64,000 nt of DNA. It comes from Candidatus Latescibacterota bacterium (lineage in GTDB: Bacteria > Latescibacterota > UBA2968 > GCA-2709665). Below are positions 28,566 to 37,935 of this stretch, in pieces (the stretch's first letter is position 1; the number at the start of each line of letters is the position of its first letter). The notes below the pieces were generated by a model, which was given only the letters and a program-made list of their open reading frames with translations, was not told the DNA's origin and ran no database searches. The position numbers were made by a program, and so were the translations under genes. The DNA lies in assembly GCA_965219455.1 (NCBI GenBank), contig OZ244744.1:704001-768000 (forward strand), in the 5' to 3' direction.

Positions 28566-29984
28566 CTACTCTTCCGGCCAGCCGTCGGGTATTTCGTTGG
28601 CGGTGAGGGCGGCCTGGATCGCGGCAGCCGCATTGCCGGTAACCCAGCCGCTCCAATGGTCGGATTTGGCGCCCAGCCACCAGAGAGCAGCGTCGTTCGT
28701 ACCGGCCTCCGGGTTATCGTGCCGCCAGCGGGCGATTTCTATGTAGAGGTTGATATCGAGGCTCCAGGCCCGCAGCATCTCGACGACGTCCGGGGCCCTG
28801 GCCGGGAGACTGGAATGTACCGCAATCAGGATGGTTGCGTCCTCGTAGGCGCACGCCTTGTCAGTAGCCCAGCACTCGTCGCTGTACTCCGGCTCCTTGA
28901 GGCGTACCAGGTCCAGGAACAACGCCGGATCGTTGGTGCCCCACTGGTAGCCGAGCCAGGGCTCGCGTTTCTCGTAGGCACTGTAAAGGTCGGCGTCCAG
29001 GGCGTCGGCATCCTCGGGGGCGACGATTTGTACGTGGTCGGACAGGCCATAGCCTTCAATCTGGGCCGCATTGATCTCCGCGCAGTCCCAGGTGCTAACG
29101 CACGACATCAGGCGCGCCTTGCCTTCTGACTCCTCGGTCGCGAACAGGCTTTTGAAACGGTCTTCTTTGAGATCTTCTACGCTGTCCAGATCGGGATACT
29201 GCTCCTGGAGATACGCGGGAATGACAAACGCCGACTGCCAGTCGCTGCCAAGACTTGGGCCCACGTTGATCGCTTCCCCGGCGGCTTGAGATTCCGCCCA
29301 GCCTTTGTTCTGGTTGGGCAGCCAAACCTCCATGAAAACATGGGTGTCGCCTCTGCGCAGGCTATCAAACAGAGGCAGCGTGGAGCCGGCGATAAAATCG
29401 GTAGGATAGCCGTAGCCCTTCTCCACGATATACTGGGCAATGCGGTTCTGCAACTGGGCGCTGGCCCAGTCCAGTTCGCTGAAAACGATGGTTTCTTTAG
29501 GCTCTGGCTCTTCAATGACCTCCAGCGCAGATGAGCCTGTCACGCGAGCCTTCCCTCCGATGGGCAAGTCCAGCAACACCTTGTAACCCGCGTTAATCGG
29601 AATGCTGGACCATGTACCGATCCGGGCCTCATCCTTCGAGGCGCGCGCCCGATAATAACCCGTTAGATTGTCCCCCGAAAGCTTCAGTTCTGCCTGGCCG
29701 TTCTCATCGGTTGAAATCGACGCGTCGGCGAACTCCGTGTAATCTGCCGCCCGTCCGGCAATAGACCGTGCGAAATCTACGGATGCACCGGTTACGGGGG
29801 CGCCATCCTGAGACAGGGTGAACATCACGACCGCCTGTAAGGCATCTTGCTGCCCGGCCAGTTTACTCAGCGGCTGTGTGACCTCACCGTCTGTCTCTGC
29901 CTCCTGAAACTGCATCACGCGCTCACCTCCACAACTCCAAATCACACATGTGGCGAGCGCGATCACAACGATACGTATCGACAT
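28566..29984 (-). CDS. Lipoprotein: Ig-like N-domain + ProX/OpuAC glycine-betaine-binding domain
   Basis: Lipobox-like WSC; DWASAQ, MEVWLPN, AFVIP, CVSTWDC, PWLGYQW. Confidence 0.85.
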   Translation of the reverse strand: MSIRIVVIALATCVIWSCGGERVMQFQEAETDGEVTQPLSKLAGQQDALQAVVMFTLSQDGAPVTGASVDFARSIAGRAADYTEFADASISTDENGQAELKLSGDNLTGYYRARASKDEARIGTWSSIPINAGYKVLLDLPIGGKARVTGSSALEVIEEPEPKETIVFSELDWASAQLQNRIAQYIVEKGYGYPTDFIAGSTLPLFDSLRRGDTHVFMEVWLPNQNKGWAESQAAGEAINVGPSLGSDWQSAFVIPAYLQEQYPDLDSVEDLKEDRFKSLFATEESEGKARLMSCVSTWDCAEINAAQIEGYGLSDHVQIVAPEDADALDADLYSAYEKREPWLGYQWGTNDPALFLDLVRLKEPEYSDECWATDKACAYEDATILIAVHSSLPARAPDVVEMLRAWSLDINLYIEIARWRHDNPEAGTNDAALWWLGAKSDHWSGWVTGNAAAAIQAALTANEIPDGWPEE

Positions 29985-30072
29985 AACATCCTCCTTATGT
30001 TGGGAGATACAACGGGAACTTGCAGTCGTGGAAATACAGCTGACCTCCCTTCCTTCCTGTGAAAGTGAGACC

Positions 30073-30478
30073 TGGAGTTATCCGGATTGGTGGACGGTTT
30101 AGGCCTTGGGTGTCAAGCCCATGATTGATGGTACTCTTCGTAGGCCACAGGTGAGGGTCAATCCAACGCTTCATCCCTGCAATGTGAATGGTACCACCCC
30201 TCGATGTATTCGATGATTGCCCGCTGCGCGCGTCGGATTGTGTAAGAGCAGCCTCGGTCCGGCACCTGGCATTCTACGGTTGCGAAGAAACCTGCGCGCA
30301 AGGCGGTTGCTAAAGCAGTCGCCGACCGATCTCCCCTGGAGAAACGTACACCGACCTCTTTGCAGCGCAGTCCGAAGGAAAGAGACGTGTACTGCGAGCC
30401 CTGATCGGAATTATGCATAACGTATGTGGGGCGACGCCACCCGCTCCCGCCGCTTGAAGCCAACGCAGCCGGTCGCAT
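30073..30478 (-). mobile_element. IS3-family remnant (right end and degenerate transposase 3' part)
   Basis: HNSDQGSQYTS, FFATVEC, IIEYIEGWY; minus-strand end AACCGTCCACCAATCCGGATAACTCCA. Confidence 0.8.
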
Positions 30479-30772
30479 TGGCCGGGCCGTAGAAGTTCAT
30501 CGGCATCACAGGACTTCAGTGGCTGTGTTGGGATTTAATTACAATACAAATATAACGGAAAAGTTTCCGTTTGGTAGTGGGGTAGTTTCGATTAAAAACT
30601 GCATAATGGTGGTATGTTGGAGAAAACACCGTTTTTTCGTTCTTCAGTGAGATTGGCTCCGGCGAGGCTGATTTCGGGCTTGAGCTAAAGGCACCGATGG
30701 CGGTAAGAGCACATGTACATCGCCCGGCTGAATCCACGGATGGGCGCAAACCAGTAGTTTGACCGATCCGCC

Positions 30773-30798
30773 GTAGGGGCAACCCTTGTGGTTGCCCT
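30773..30798 (+). repeat. REP-like palindrome GTAGGGGCAACCCTTGTGGTTGCCCT
   Basis: Matches 16131-16157. Confidence 0.7.
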
Positions 30799-30832
30799 GG
30801 TTTGGGTGGCGGCCTGGCCCGAGAATCCGGCC

Positions 30833-31249
30833 CTAAACCGGTTTCTTGCGGGCCTGTGCAGACAATTTCCTCTCCTGCTCTATCTCCCAGAGTTCGTCCG
30901 ACTTGTCCAACCCGTCCAGGGATTCCATCATCGCTGTGTTCGCCTCTTCCTCAAAGTTTTCGGCCTGTTCGTGCTCCCCGGCCTCCCACTTGTCCGCCGC
31001 AGCCTCCCAGGCTTTAGCTGTATTCTGCGCTTCAAGACAACCCCTCGCAAGGGCTCCCTGAGATTCCAATTCCGCAAGACGCCTGGTGAATTGGCCTTCC
31101 CGCTTTGAATGATCGGCTGCCGCCCGCGCTGCGATTTCCCGCCACGTGACCGCTTCCGATCTGGCCTTCTTGACCGCCGCCAAGTCCGCCGCCGCTGACG
31201 TACGCCCCTTCACCTGGACGTTCCCGTAATTGTTTTTCTCTCCCGTCAT
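30833..31249 (-). CDS. Hypothetical helical/coiled-coil protein
   Basis: GGGGAGG RBS, Ala/Glu-rich, co-oriented with upstream ORFs. Confidence 0.65.
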   Translation of the reverse strand: MTGEKNNYGNVQVKGRTSAAADLAAVKKARSEAVTWREIAARAAADHSKREGQFTRRLAELESQGALARGCLEAQNTAKAWEAAADKWEAGEHEQAENFEEEANTAMMESLDGLDKSDELWEIEQERKLSAQARKKPV

Positions 31250-31276
31250 GCCTTGCCTCCCCAGGCGCGAAAACCC

Positions 31277-31903
31277 CTATTCGGCTTCCCAATCGGCGAA
31301 ACGCAAAGCGGCCTTTATATTGTTGTCTACATTGACCCACACATGAAAGCGCTTCTCCGGGGCAGCCGCGAGAAACACATCCTCGGGGATCCTGTCTTTC
31401 TTTAAACGAATCTTCTCCATTGGGTGCCAACCGGGAACCACGACATCAATCCAGCCCTGGTTGCGATTGGCGGCCGCCACCCTCACCAGCGTCTTCGACA
31501 GCCTGAAGCTGTTCGCCTTCTCCGCGCTGTATGCCCACTCAGGAACGTCAAGGACAAATTCAACAGGGACGCCTCTTTGCCTGCGATCAAACCAGTACGT
31601 AAAATCAGAAAGATCCTCCGGCACATCCTGCCTGTAACTCTCCCGTGACCCACTCGCGGGCGTCTCGCAGCCGGACCGACGCAAAAAGCAAACCGAAAAA
31701 TCATCCAGCGATACACACACATCCGGAACGACACGATCAAGAGCAGCCAATGCACCCGGGCATTTCTCACAATGCCACGCAATACCGTTCTTTATGTGGT
31801 GCTCCGTAATTCCGAATACTACTCTGCGCAGGTTCACGTCTAACGACCTCCACCCTTTGCGCCAGGACCAAAACGCCGATCCTGGAATTATCGTCGCCGA
31901 CAT
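31277..31903 (-). CDS. Hypothetical phage-like two-domain protein
   Basis: ITEHHIKNG...CPGALA...WFD...PVEF.L and VVVPGWHP...RFH.WVN...F.DWE motifs recalled from phage hypothetical proteins. Confidence 0.6.
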   Translation of the reverse strand: MSATIIPGSAFWSWRKGWRSLDVNLRRVVFGITEHHIKNGIAWHCEKCPGALAALDRVVPDVCVSLDDFSVCFLRRSGCETPASGSRESYRQDVPEDLSDFTYWFDRRQRGVPVEFVLDVPEWAYSAEKANSFRLSKTLVRVAAANRNQGWIDVVVPGWHPMEKIRLKKDRIPEDVFLAAAPEKRFHVWVNVDNNIKAALRFADWEAE

Positions 31904-31939
31904 CGGCGATCATCCTGTGCCGGCGCCTCGCGGCAACTC

Positions 31940-32611
31940 CTATTCGAATATCTGAGAATAATCTGCGGGCGGCTTCGAACCCCGCAACCGCCTCACATCT
32001 GCCTCGCGCCACGGCCTTCTTCCACTTCTGTTTGCCAACGCCAATGAAGAAATATTGCCAGGCAGATAGTAGACATCCGTAATCTCTACTTCATCGCGTT
32101 GCTCATCTTCATTACTAATCTCAAAATGAGGTGGGTGACCAGTGACAATTCTGAGAAAATCGCCGACCGCGCGGTTGATTTGGGTCTCATCGACCGTAGC
32201 GCTCATCAAATCCTGATCTTTCATCCAGTTTTCAGGACTATCATTTGTGCGAATGAAGAACGCCCGACCCCGCCGTTTGGAGCGATCAACCAATGGCACG
32301 TCAGGTCGGCCGGCATCCCCACGCACGGCACCCTTCGGGATTATCAAAACGGCGTCCTGCTCGAATTCTTCTCCGAAACGCTTCATCCTCTGCGTAAACT
32401 GGTAGAGGGAACGTGGATCTCCACGCCATCCATTGTTGACCACGAAAAAGAAACGGTCTCGCGTTACCTCACCGCCCTCAAAATAGGATCCGCTTAAAGC
32501 CGCCATTTCATAGACACCGGCAGTAAGCTTTACTCGCAGGCTGGCATTCCTTTGAGCGTTTTCCTTCCGGGTGTATTTCCGCCCTTTTGCGTCGCCTTCG
32601 TACTTTCGGAA
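31940..32611 (-). pseudogene. Phage SAM-lyase-like protein lacking its normal 5' end
   Basis: Frame stays open upstream of ATG 32506: FRKYEG...YTRKENAQRNASLRVKL...GSYFEG...FFVVN...FGEEFEQDAVLIIPKG. Confidence 0.6.
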
Positions 32612-33029
32612 GGGCCTCTCGCGCCTGTGTCGCGAACGTCTCGGGCGATGATCCTTCCTTCATCGGAATCATTCGGTGACGGGATCCCCCGGACATTGCG
32701 TAAAATGTGATCTGCGTCGGTATCTTGTGCTCGGTCAGTATAACGGCGTGAGGCTTGAAGGATTGCCGATAGGCCTTGTCGTCCGCCGCAATCTGTTCCG
32801 CACGGGTTATCTCGATAGAATCATTGATCACTTCGGCATCCACGTCGAGGCCCCGGGCAAGCTCGACCCGCAGATTCTCGGCCATTTTGACCTGCCCCGC
32901 GCATATCTGGTCTAATCTCCGACATCCTTTGGCGATATTGGCATATCCCATACGTCGGGCAAGTTCACCGCGGGTGATAGTGAGATCCTGCGTACGCTTG
33001 CGGATCAACCGCGCCAATGACAGATCCAA
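32508..33029 (-). CDS. HTH-domain protein, probably truncated near 32610
   Basis: TRGELARRMGYANIAKGCRRL; the tail after REALP overlaps the SAM-lyase-like frame; TTG start after GGGAGG. Confidence 0.65.
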   Translation of the reverse strand: MDLSLARLIRKRTQDLTITRGELARRMGYANIAKGCRRLDQICAGQVKMAENLRVELARGLDVDAEVINDSIEITRAEQIAADDKAYRQSFKPHAVILTEHKIPTQITFYAMSGGSRHRMIPMKEGSSPETFATQAREALPKVRRRRKRAEIHPEGKRSKECQPASKAYCRCL

Positions 33030-33166
33030 AAAAATCCACCTCCCTTTCTTGTAGGATCACACAAAGTGACTTCCCGTTTCCGGGTTGCGGGTAGGGTGTG
33101 GTTGAGAACCGGTTTTCGGTCACGTTTCCTACTCGCATTCCTTTGTACCTTCCATTGTAACTCACG

Positions 33167-33378
33167 TCAGTTCACGTCAGATTGATCGTCAGTCGTCTTG
33201 CCGAAATTGCCCGCGAATGTCAGGAAATCGGTGAAATCGACGTCTCCATCCCCGTCGAAGTCACCTATTAACCCGCTCGATGTCCCGCCACTTCCGCCCG
33301 GTTCCATTTCGGACGACCACCGCAAGAGTCCACTGTCCTCCCGGGTTTCCACAATCCCGTTGCCTTTGATATCAACAT
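33167..33378 (-). pseudogene. Relic of an EF-hand/dockerin-like tagged gene
   Basis: GDFDGDGDVDFTDFLTFAGNFGK; the AAAGGAGG-preceded ATG is in a different frame. Confidence 0.6.
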
Positions 33379-33451
33379 CGCGTCAACCTCCTTTGTGCGT
33401 TTGGATCTGATTTCGGCGTTCCGCGGGACCCAGCCTGTCAGCATCGCTCAT

Positions 33452-36235
33452 TCAGAACCCGAGTTGCCCGCCGCCCGGCTTTGCGCGGCACTCCTCGGCG
33501 AGTGCACGGCCGATACGTTCGGGGTCCTTGAGAAAATTCAGGATCTTCGCACGTTCGCGCACGTTTGCGAAATCCGCTGGCGTGAGTTTGTCCAATGCGA
33601 GTGTCTCCTGCGGCGCTTCGCAACCGTAGAAGAACCTGAAAGCCCGTTCGATTCGCGGCCGATCCATAAAGAAGAACTCAACGCGAAACAGGAAACGACG
33701 AGCGGCGGCCGGATCGATCGCTTCACGCCGGTTCGTGGTACACGCGAACGGAAGCGGGTGCCGCTCCATCTGGCTGAGTAATTCGTTGACCATGCTCGTC
33801 TCCCACGAGCGAACGGCCTGTTGCCGGTCCATGAGGAGTGAATCGACCTCGTCGAAGACAAGGAATGATTGGGTCTCCACCGCTTCGGAAAACGCCGCGG
33901 CCATCTGCTGCTCTGTCTGTCCGAGCCACTTACTGAGGAGATCCGAAGCCCGCTTGGGCAGCAGATCCATTCCCATCCGTTCGGCAATGTACCCCACATA
34001 AGCTGTTTTGCCCGTTCCGGGCGGGCCATACAGGAATAGCGCGAAACGCCGTGCGTCCATGGCAGCGATCCTCTCGGCCAAATCCTCTAGATCCGCATCC
34101 GCGTGGACCAAGGCCGGTACGTATCGGGAGATCGGCTTGCTGTCGGATGCACTCACACCGTAGCGCAGTTTCGCCTTCTGGGCGATGTTGCGCCGGATGG
34201 TCCCTGCATTCCCATTCGCCATCGCAGCCTGACGCGTGGCCATAGCCAACTGTCTCGGCGTAACTTTCCTGTCGCGCGCCAGGTCCACTGCCAGTTGGCT
34301 CGCTTCGGCCTCCGGAATGCCGTCCTTGCTAAGGATGCCCGTGAATATGCGCTTCCGTGCCACAACGGACATGTGGCGAAACTCGATCGCGTGCATCATC
34401 CGGTCGATGAAAAACGGCAGGAAGATCCGGTAGTAGTCAATGGAGTTACAGGCCCAGATGATCGGAACCGGATTCTCTTCGAGGACCCTGTTCAGCCAAT
34501 GTTTCTCCACGCATTCGAAGTCCTCCATTTCGTCGAAGAAAACCACGACGCCTGGTTCGTGGGCGAGAGCTTCCAGCGCATAGTCGAGTGCCTCCGTGCG
34601 CGATACGGTACGCCGAGACTTCGGACCTACCTCATTGGCGCCAACGGCGTACAAGCGCGCGCCCAACTCGCCACAGAGCGTGCGAGCGAATTCGGTCTTT
34701 CCTGTACCAGGGGGTCCGTACAAGAGGATATTGATTCCCTTCTTCCTGCTGTCTGTTATCGAAGCAAGGGTCTTTCTGGCGTCTTCGGCATCCTTTTCGA
34801 GATACGAGAATGCCTCCCACGGAAGTTCCGCCTGTACCGGCGGTCCCAGCCTCGGTCGTGCGTACTGGGTGGTGATGTTTCGCTCGAGTTGCTCGCAGTA
34901 ACGGTATACGTCGGCTTCCGACCCCCCCACGAGGCGGGTCGTTTCGATGGCCTTTGAGAGGATGCCTGGGGTGCACTCCAGTTCGTCCACGAGTCGACGG
35001 GCGCATACAGAGGCGTCAACACCCTTGATCCCACTCTCAGCCAGTATTCGATGCAAAATGCCGGTCTGACGCGTCGGGCCGTGAGCGGTAAACCTGACGA
35101 CATGCGTAAAACGCCGCATCATACTTTCGTCAAGGTCATCCAGACTGTTCACGGTGTATAACACCGGAACGGAATTTTCCTCAATCAGCCGGTGATTGGC
35201 GAGGCGGGCGCCGCTGCTGGACTCAAGCGTATCCTCAGCCTCGTCGCACAGTATTGCGGCGTCGGACAAGGACCGAAGCAGAGTTTGCGCCATGCGCAGC
35301 CGGTTGCGGTAGTCGGCCCGCCGGTCGTGGGCGGTATTGCACGATTCTTTGTCGAAAATTCCGTAGGAACTCATAGTGAAGAGTCTCATGCCGGCCGCTT
35401 TCGCAACGGTCCTGGCGAATTCGGTTTTTCCGGTGCCCGGCCGGCCAAACAACAAAATGTTCACACCGCGTGCAGGTGCGCCTTCATGCCGCCTGCGCGA
35501 TGTCTCCGAAAGCACTCGGTGAATGTCTTCACGTTCGGATACGTGTGTGAAGTCGTCCAGTCGCAGCCTCGCTCTGCTGGGTTTTCCGACCAGTCGCGCC
35601 GTCAACTCGTCCATGTTTCGTACGGGCGGATGCCACACTTCCCAGAACCACGTATGGATGAGGTCATCGGGGTCATTGCATTCGTTCAGCCGGTGGACCA
35701 TCTCCGGAACTACTATGCCCTTCTCGGCCAGTTCCCGTATGCCCTTGTGGATCTCGCGCCCGTGTCGATTCAGAACTATCTCCCATATGTCCATTGGATA
35801 TGAACACAAACCATCAAGTGTCCTGCATAAATTTTCAACGATGTGGCAATGATTGAAACAGTGCGCAAATTCGAGCAAGGATGCCGCAGAGGCACCCAAT
35901 GAGAATCGTCGGACGACAATTCGTGTGGCGGATTGCTCCGGGCATCTTGGAGGCCGTACGTGTGTGTTTTTTTCAAGGGCAATTACTGCCCGCTTTAGAT
36001 ATCCAATGGCACCCTCTCCGTTATCCTTCTTTCGTACAAGATCGCGGGTAGCCAAGAATTCCAATCGAGCCTCGTCTTGGCTCAACCACTCCAGAAGTGC
36101 GGGCCGGATGCTTCGGTTGTCCAGGGCAACTCGCAACGCATTCCTTGTGTAAATGCGCGCGAGGTACAGTCTGTATTCATTCATGCTCGAATATTTCCAG
36201 TGATCAATCAACAGGCGACGGAGGAATCGGTCCAT
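33452..36235 (-). CDS. ATPase with three tandem AAA+ modules
   Basis: Walker A GRPGTGKT, GPPGTGKT, GPPGTGKT; Walker B ILCDEAE, VFFDEME, LVFDEVD; GGGAGG RBS. Confidence 0.9.
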   Translation of the reverse strand: MDRFLRRLLIDHWKYSSMNEYRLYLARIYTRNALRVALDNRSIRPALLEWLSQDEARLEFLATRDLVRKKDNGEGAIGYLKRAVIALEKNTHVRPPRCPEQSATRIVVRRFSLGASAASLLEFAHCFNHCHIVENLCRTLDGLCSYPMDIWEIVLNRHGREIHKGIRELAEKGIVVPEMVHRLNECNDPDDLIHTWFWEVWHPPVRNMDELTARLVGKPSRARLRLDDFTHVSEREDIHRVLSETSRRRHEGAPARGVNILLFGRPGTGKTEFARTVAKAAGMRLFTMSSYGIFDKESCNTAHDRRADYRNRLRMAQTLLRSLSDAAILCDEAEDTLESSSGARLANHRLIEENSVPVLYTVNSLDDLDESMMRRFTHVVRFTAHGPTRQTGILHRILAESGIKGVDASVCARRLVDELECTPGILSKAIETTRLVGGSEADVYRYCEQLERNITTQYARPRLGPPVQAELPWEAFSYLEKDAEDARKTLASITDSRKKGINILLYGPPGTGKTEFARTLCGELGARLYAVGANEVGPKSRRTVSRTEALDYALEALAHEPGVVVFFDEMEDFECVEKHWLNRVLEENPVPIIWACNSIDYYRIFLPFFIDRMMHAIEFRHMSVVARKRIFTGILSKDGIPEAEASQLAVDLARDRKVTPRQLAMATRQAAMANGNAGTIRRNIAQKAKLRYGVSASDSKPISRYVPALVHADADLEDLAERIAAMDARRFALFLYGPPGTGKTAYVGYIAERMGMDLLPKRASDLLSKWLGQTEQQMAAAFSEAVETQSFLVFDEVDSLLMDRQQAVRSWETSMVNELLSQMERHPLPFACTTNRREAIDPAAARRFLFRVEFFFMDRPRIERAFRFFYGCEAPQETLALDKLTPADFANVRERAKILNFLKDPERIGRALAEECRAKPGGGQLGF

Positions 36236-36317
36236 AGTCTGTAATACCTCCCGTCGATTACACCCCTGTTCGAATCAGACCGGCAGTTTCTACGAACCAC
36301 CCCGTTTAAACGGATAT

Positions 36318-36351
36318 AAAAAAGAGGCGCATTCACAATTGAACACGCCTC
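36318..36351 (-). terminator. Intrinsic terminator between WYL and AAA genes
   Basis: Minus strand GAGGCGUGUUCA-AUUG-UGAAUGCGCCUC (two G-U pairs) then UUUUUU. Confidence 0.75.
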
Positions 36352-36364
36352 AAGTTAAACTGCA

Positions 36365-36387
36365 TATACGACGAAACAGGTCGTATA
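36365..36387. promoter_or_regulatory. Probable WYL-regulator binding palindrome
   Basis: TATACGAC-7 bp-GTCGTATA, 3 bp after the WYL stop and upstream of a -10-like TTAACT. Confidence 0.65.
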
Positions 36388-36390
36388 AAA

Positions 36391-37353
36391 TCAGGTTTTC
36401 TTGTAAAAACTCAGATTTTTTTCAATTTCGTCGATAATCTCCTCGCGCAGGGACGCCGGCGCCAGGACTTCCGCGCTGGCGCCGTGGCTGAGAATCCACG
36501 ACTTGATTTCATAGAGACCGCCTGCTTCAAAGGAAAGGATGATCCGGCCGTCGTCGAGTTCCTCGATCTCCTGCGAGGGATGCCATATACGCTGCTTGAT
36601 ATACGGCGCTTGGGATGCCGAGAAGCGGACGCTGACCGCGATGGGAGATTCCAGTACGACACCGAATGCCTGGTGAAGTTGCTCTTCAATATCGGAATCA
36701 ACGAATTCTTTGAAAGACTGGGACGTGACTTCGAGTTCCTGAATCCGCTCAGCGGCCAGAGTCAGGAGATTGTCGTAATTCGGATTTCGGCAGAGGAGAT
36801 ATACGCCATCGTAGTGGTACAAGAATCTGAAGGGCATGATGGAATACGTCTTGCTTTGTCCGGTTGCGATCGCACGGTAGGTCACGTTGCAGATTCGTCG
36901 TTCCGTGATTGCGCGATGCGCATTTTGAAATATCTTTGGCGTGACTTGTGCCTTCTGCCCGCGTATGTGCGGGTGATATGCGGCCTGTTCCAGGAATGCC
37001 CCCATCTTTTCCGGCAGCGTGGCCCGGATCCTGTTCAGCGTTTTCTGAAACTCGTCTTTGAATGGCGTTCCTTCCAGGATGCCGCAGATATAGGTCAGGG
37101 CGATGAGTTCGCCGACGGGGAAGTTCAGCGGCGGCATCTCTTTGTCGTGAATGAGTTTCCACTGGTTCTGGCGCCCCTGCTTTTCCGAATATATCGTGAA
37201 GCCAGCGTCGCCCAGGTTGTCAAGATCTCGCTCTATTGTCCGCCGTGTTACCCCGAATTTTCCTACGAGATCCTGGATTGTCGCTCCATAAGTCCGCGAC
37301 ATGAGTTCTCTTAGTATGTCCAGTTGACGGACGATTTGCCTGGTGTCAGACAT
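36391..37353 (-). CDS. wHTH-WYL-WCX transcriptional regulator (PafB/YafY-like)
   Basis: FGVTRRTIERDL; Y...PFRFLY..DGVYL; ERI; WHPSQ; WILSHG...EVLAPASLRE. Confidence 0.93.
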   Translation of the reverse strand: MSDTRQIVRQLDILRELMSRTYGATIQDLVGKFGVTRRTIERDLDNLGDAGFTIYSEKQGRQNQWKLIHDKEMPPLNFPVGELIALTYICGILEGTPFKDEFQKTLNRIRATLPEKMGAFLEQAAYHPHIRGQKAQVTPKIFQNAHRAITERRICNVTYRAIATGQSKTYSIMPFRFLYHYDGVYLLCRNPNYDNLLTLAAERIQELEVTSQSFKEFVDSDIEEQLHQAFGVVLESPIAVSVRFSASQAPYIKQRIWHPSQEIEELDDGRIILSFEAGGLYEIKSWILSHGASAEVLAPASLREEIIDEIEKNLSFYKKT

Positions 37354-37445
37354 GGATGTCAACCTGAGTTGAGGTTAATCGTGGTGGCGTTTTATGCGTG
37401 TGCAATGTTGCCGGGATGCTACCACCCTTAATGGTACCCGCCACG

Positions 37446-37481
37446 AAAAAAAGGCGACCCGATCCCGAATCGCCCTTTTTT
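37446..37481 (-). terminator. Terminator after dksA
   Basis: Minus strand GGCGAUUCG-GGAU-CGGGUCGCC then U7. Confidence 0.8.
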
Positions 37482-37500
37482 GATTTCATTTCGCCCCGCC

Positions 37501-37935
37501 TTATAAATCGTCGTCGCTGCTCATCGGCAGGTCCTCGGCGGATATTACTCTCCGTCTTGGCCGGTCGATGATTTGAGGATTTCGTTCGCGTTCCTGCTGA
37601 ACCTGCATGGTATACCGCGCCGTGGGGATGGCTTCCAGCCGGAGTTCGCCGATCAACTCCCCGGACACCTCGCAGATACCGTACGTGCCATTTTCGATCT
37701 TGCCCAGGGCATGGTCGATCTCTGCAAATTCCCGCCTTTCGTTATTGCCCAGGGCAGCCATCAACTCCAGAGCAATCGCGTTTCCCGCCATATCGAACGG
37801 ATCCGCCGAGCGGTCTCTCCTCAGTTCGTTGATATCTGCATCTTCCAGGAGGGTGTGCTTCAACAGGTCCTTTTTTCTATCCAGCAACAGCTTCTTGTAA
37901 AACGCCAGCCTTTCAGGAGTCAGTATCTCAGTCAT
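37501..37935 (-). CDS. dksA: DksA/TraR family RNA polymerase-binding protein
   Basis: DPFDMA coiled-coil tip; ALGKIENGTYGICE; RLEAIPTA; GGGAGG RBS before ATG 37935. Confidence 0.85.
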   Translation of the reverse strand: MTEILTPERLAFYKKLLLDRKKDLLKHTLLEDADINELRRDRSADPFDMAGNAIALELMAALGNNERREFAEIDHALGKIENGTYGICEVSGELIGELRLEAIPTARYTMQVQQERERNPQIIDRPRRRVISAEDLPMSSDDDL

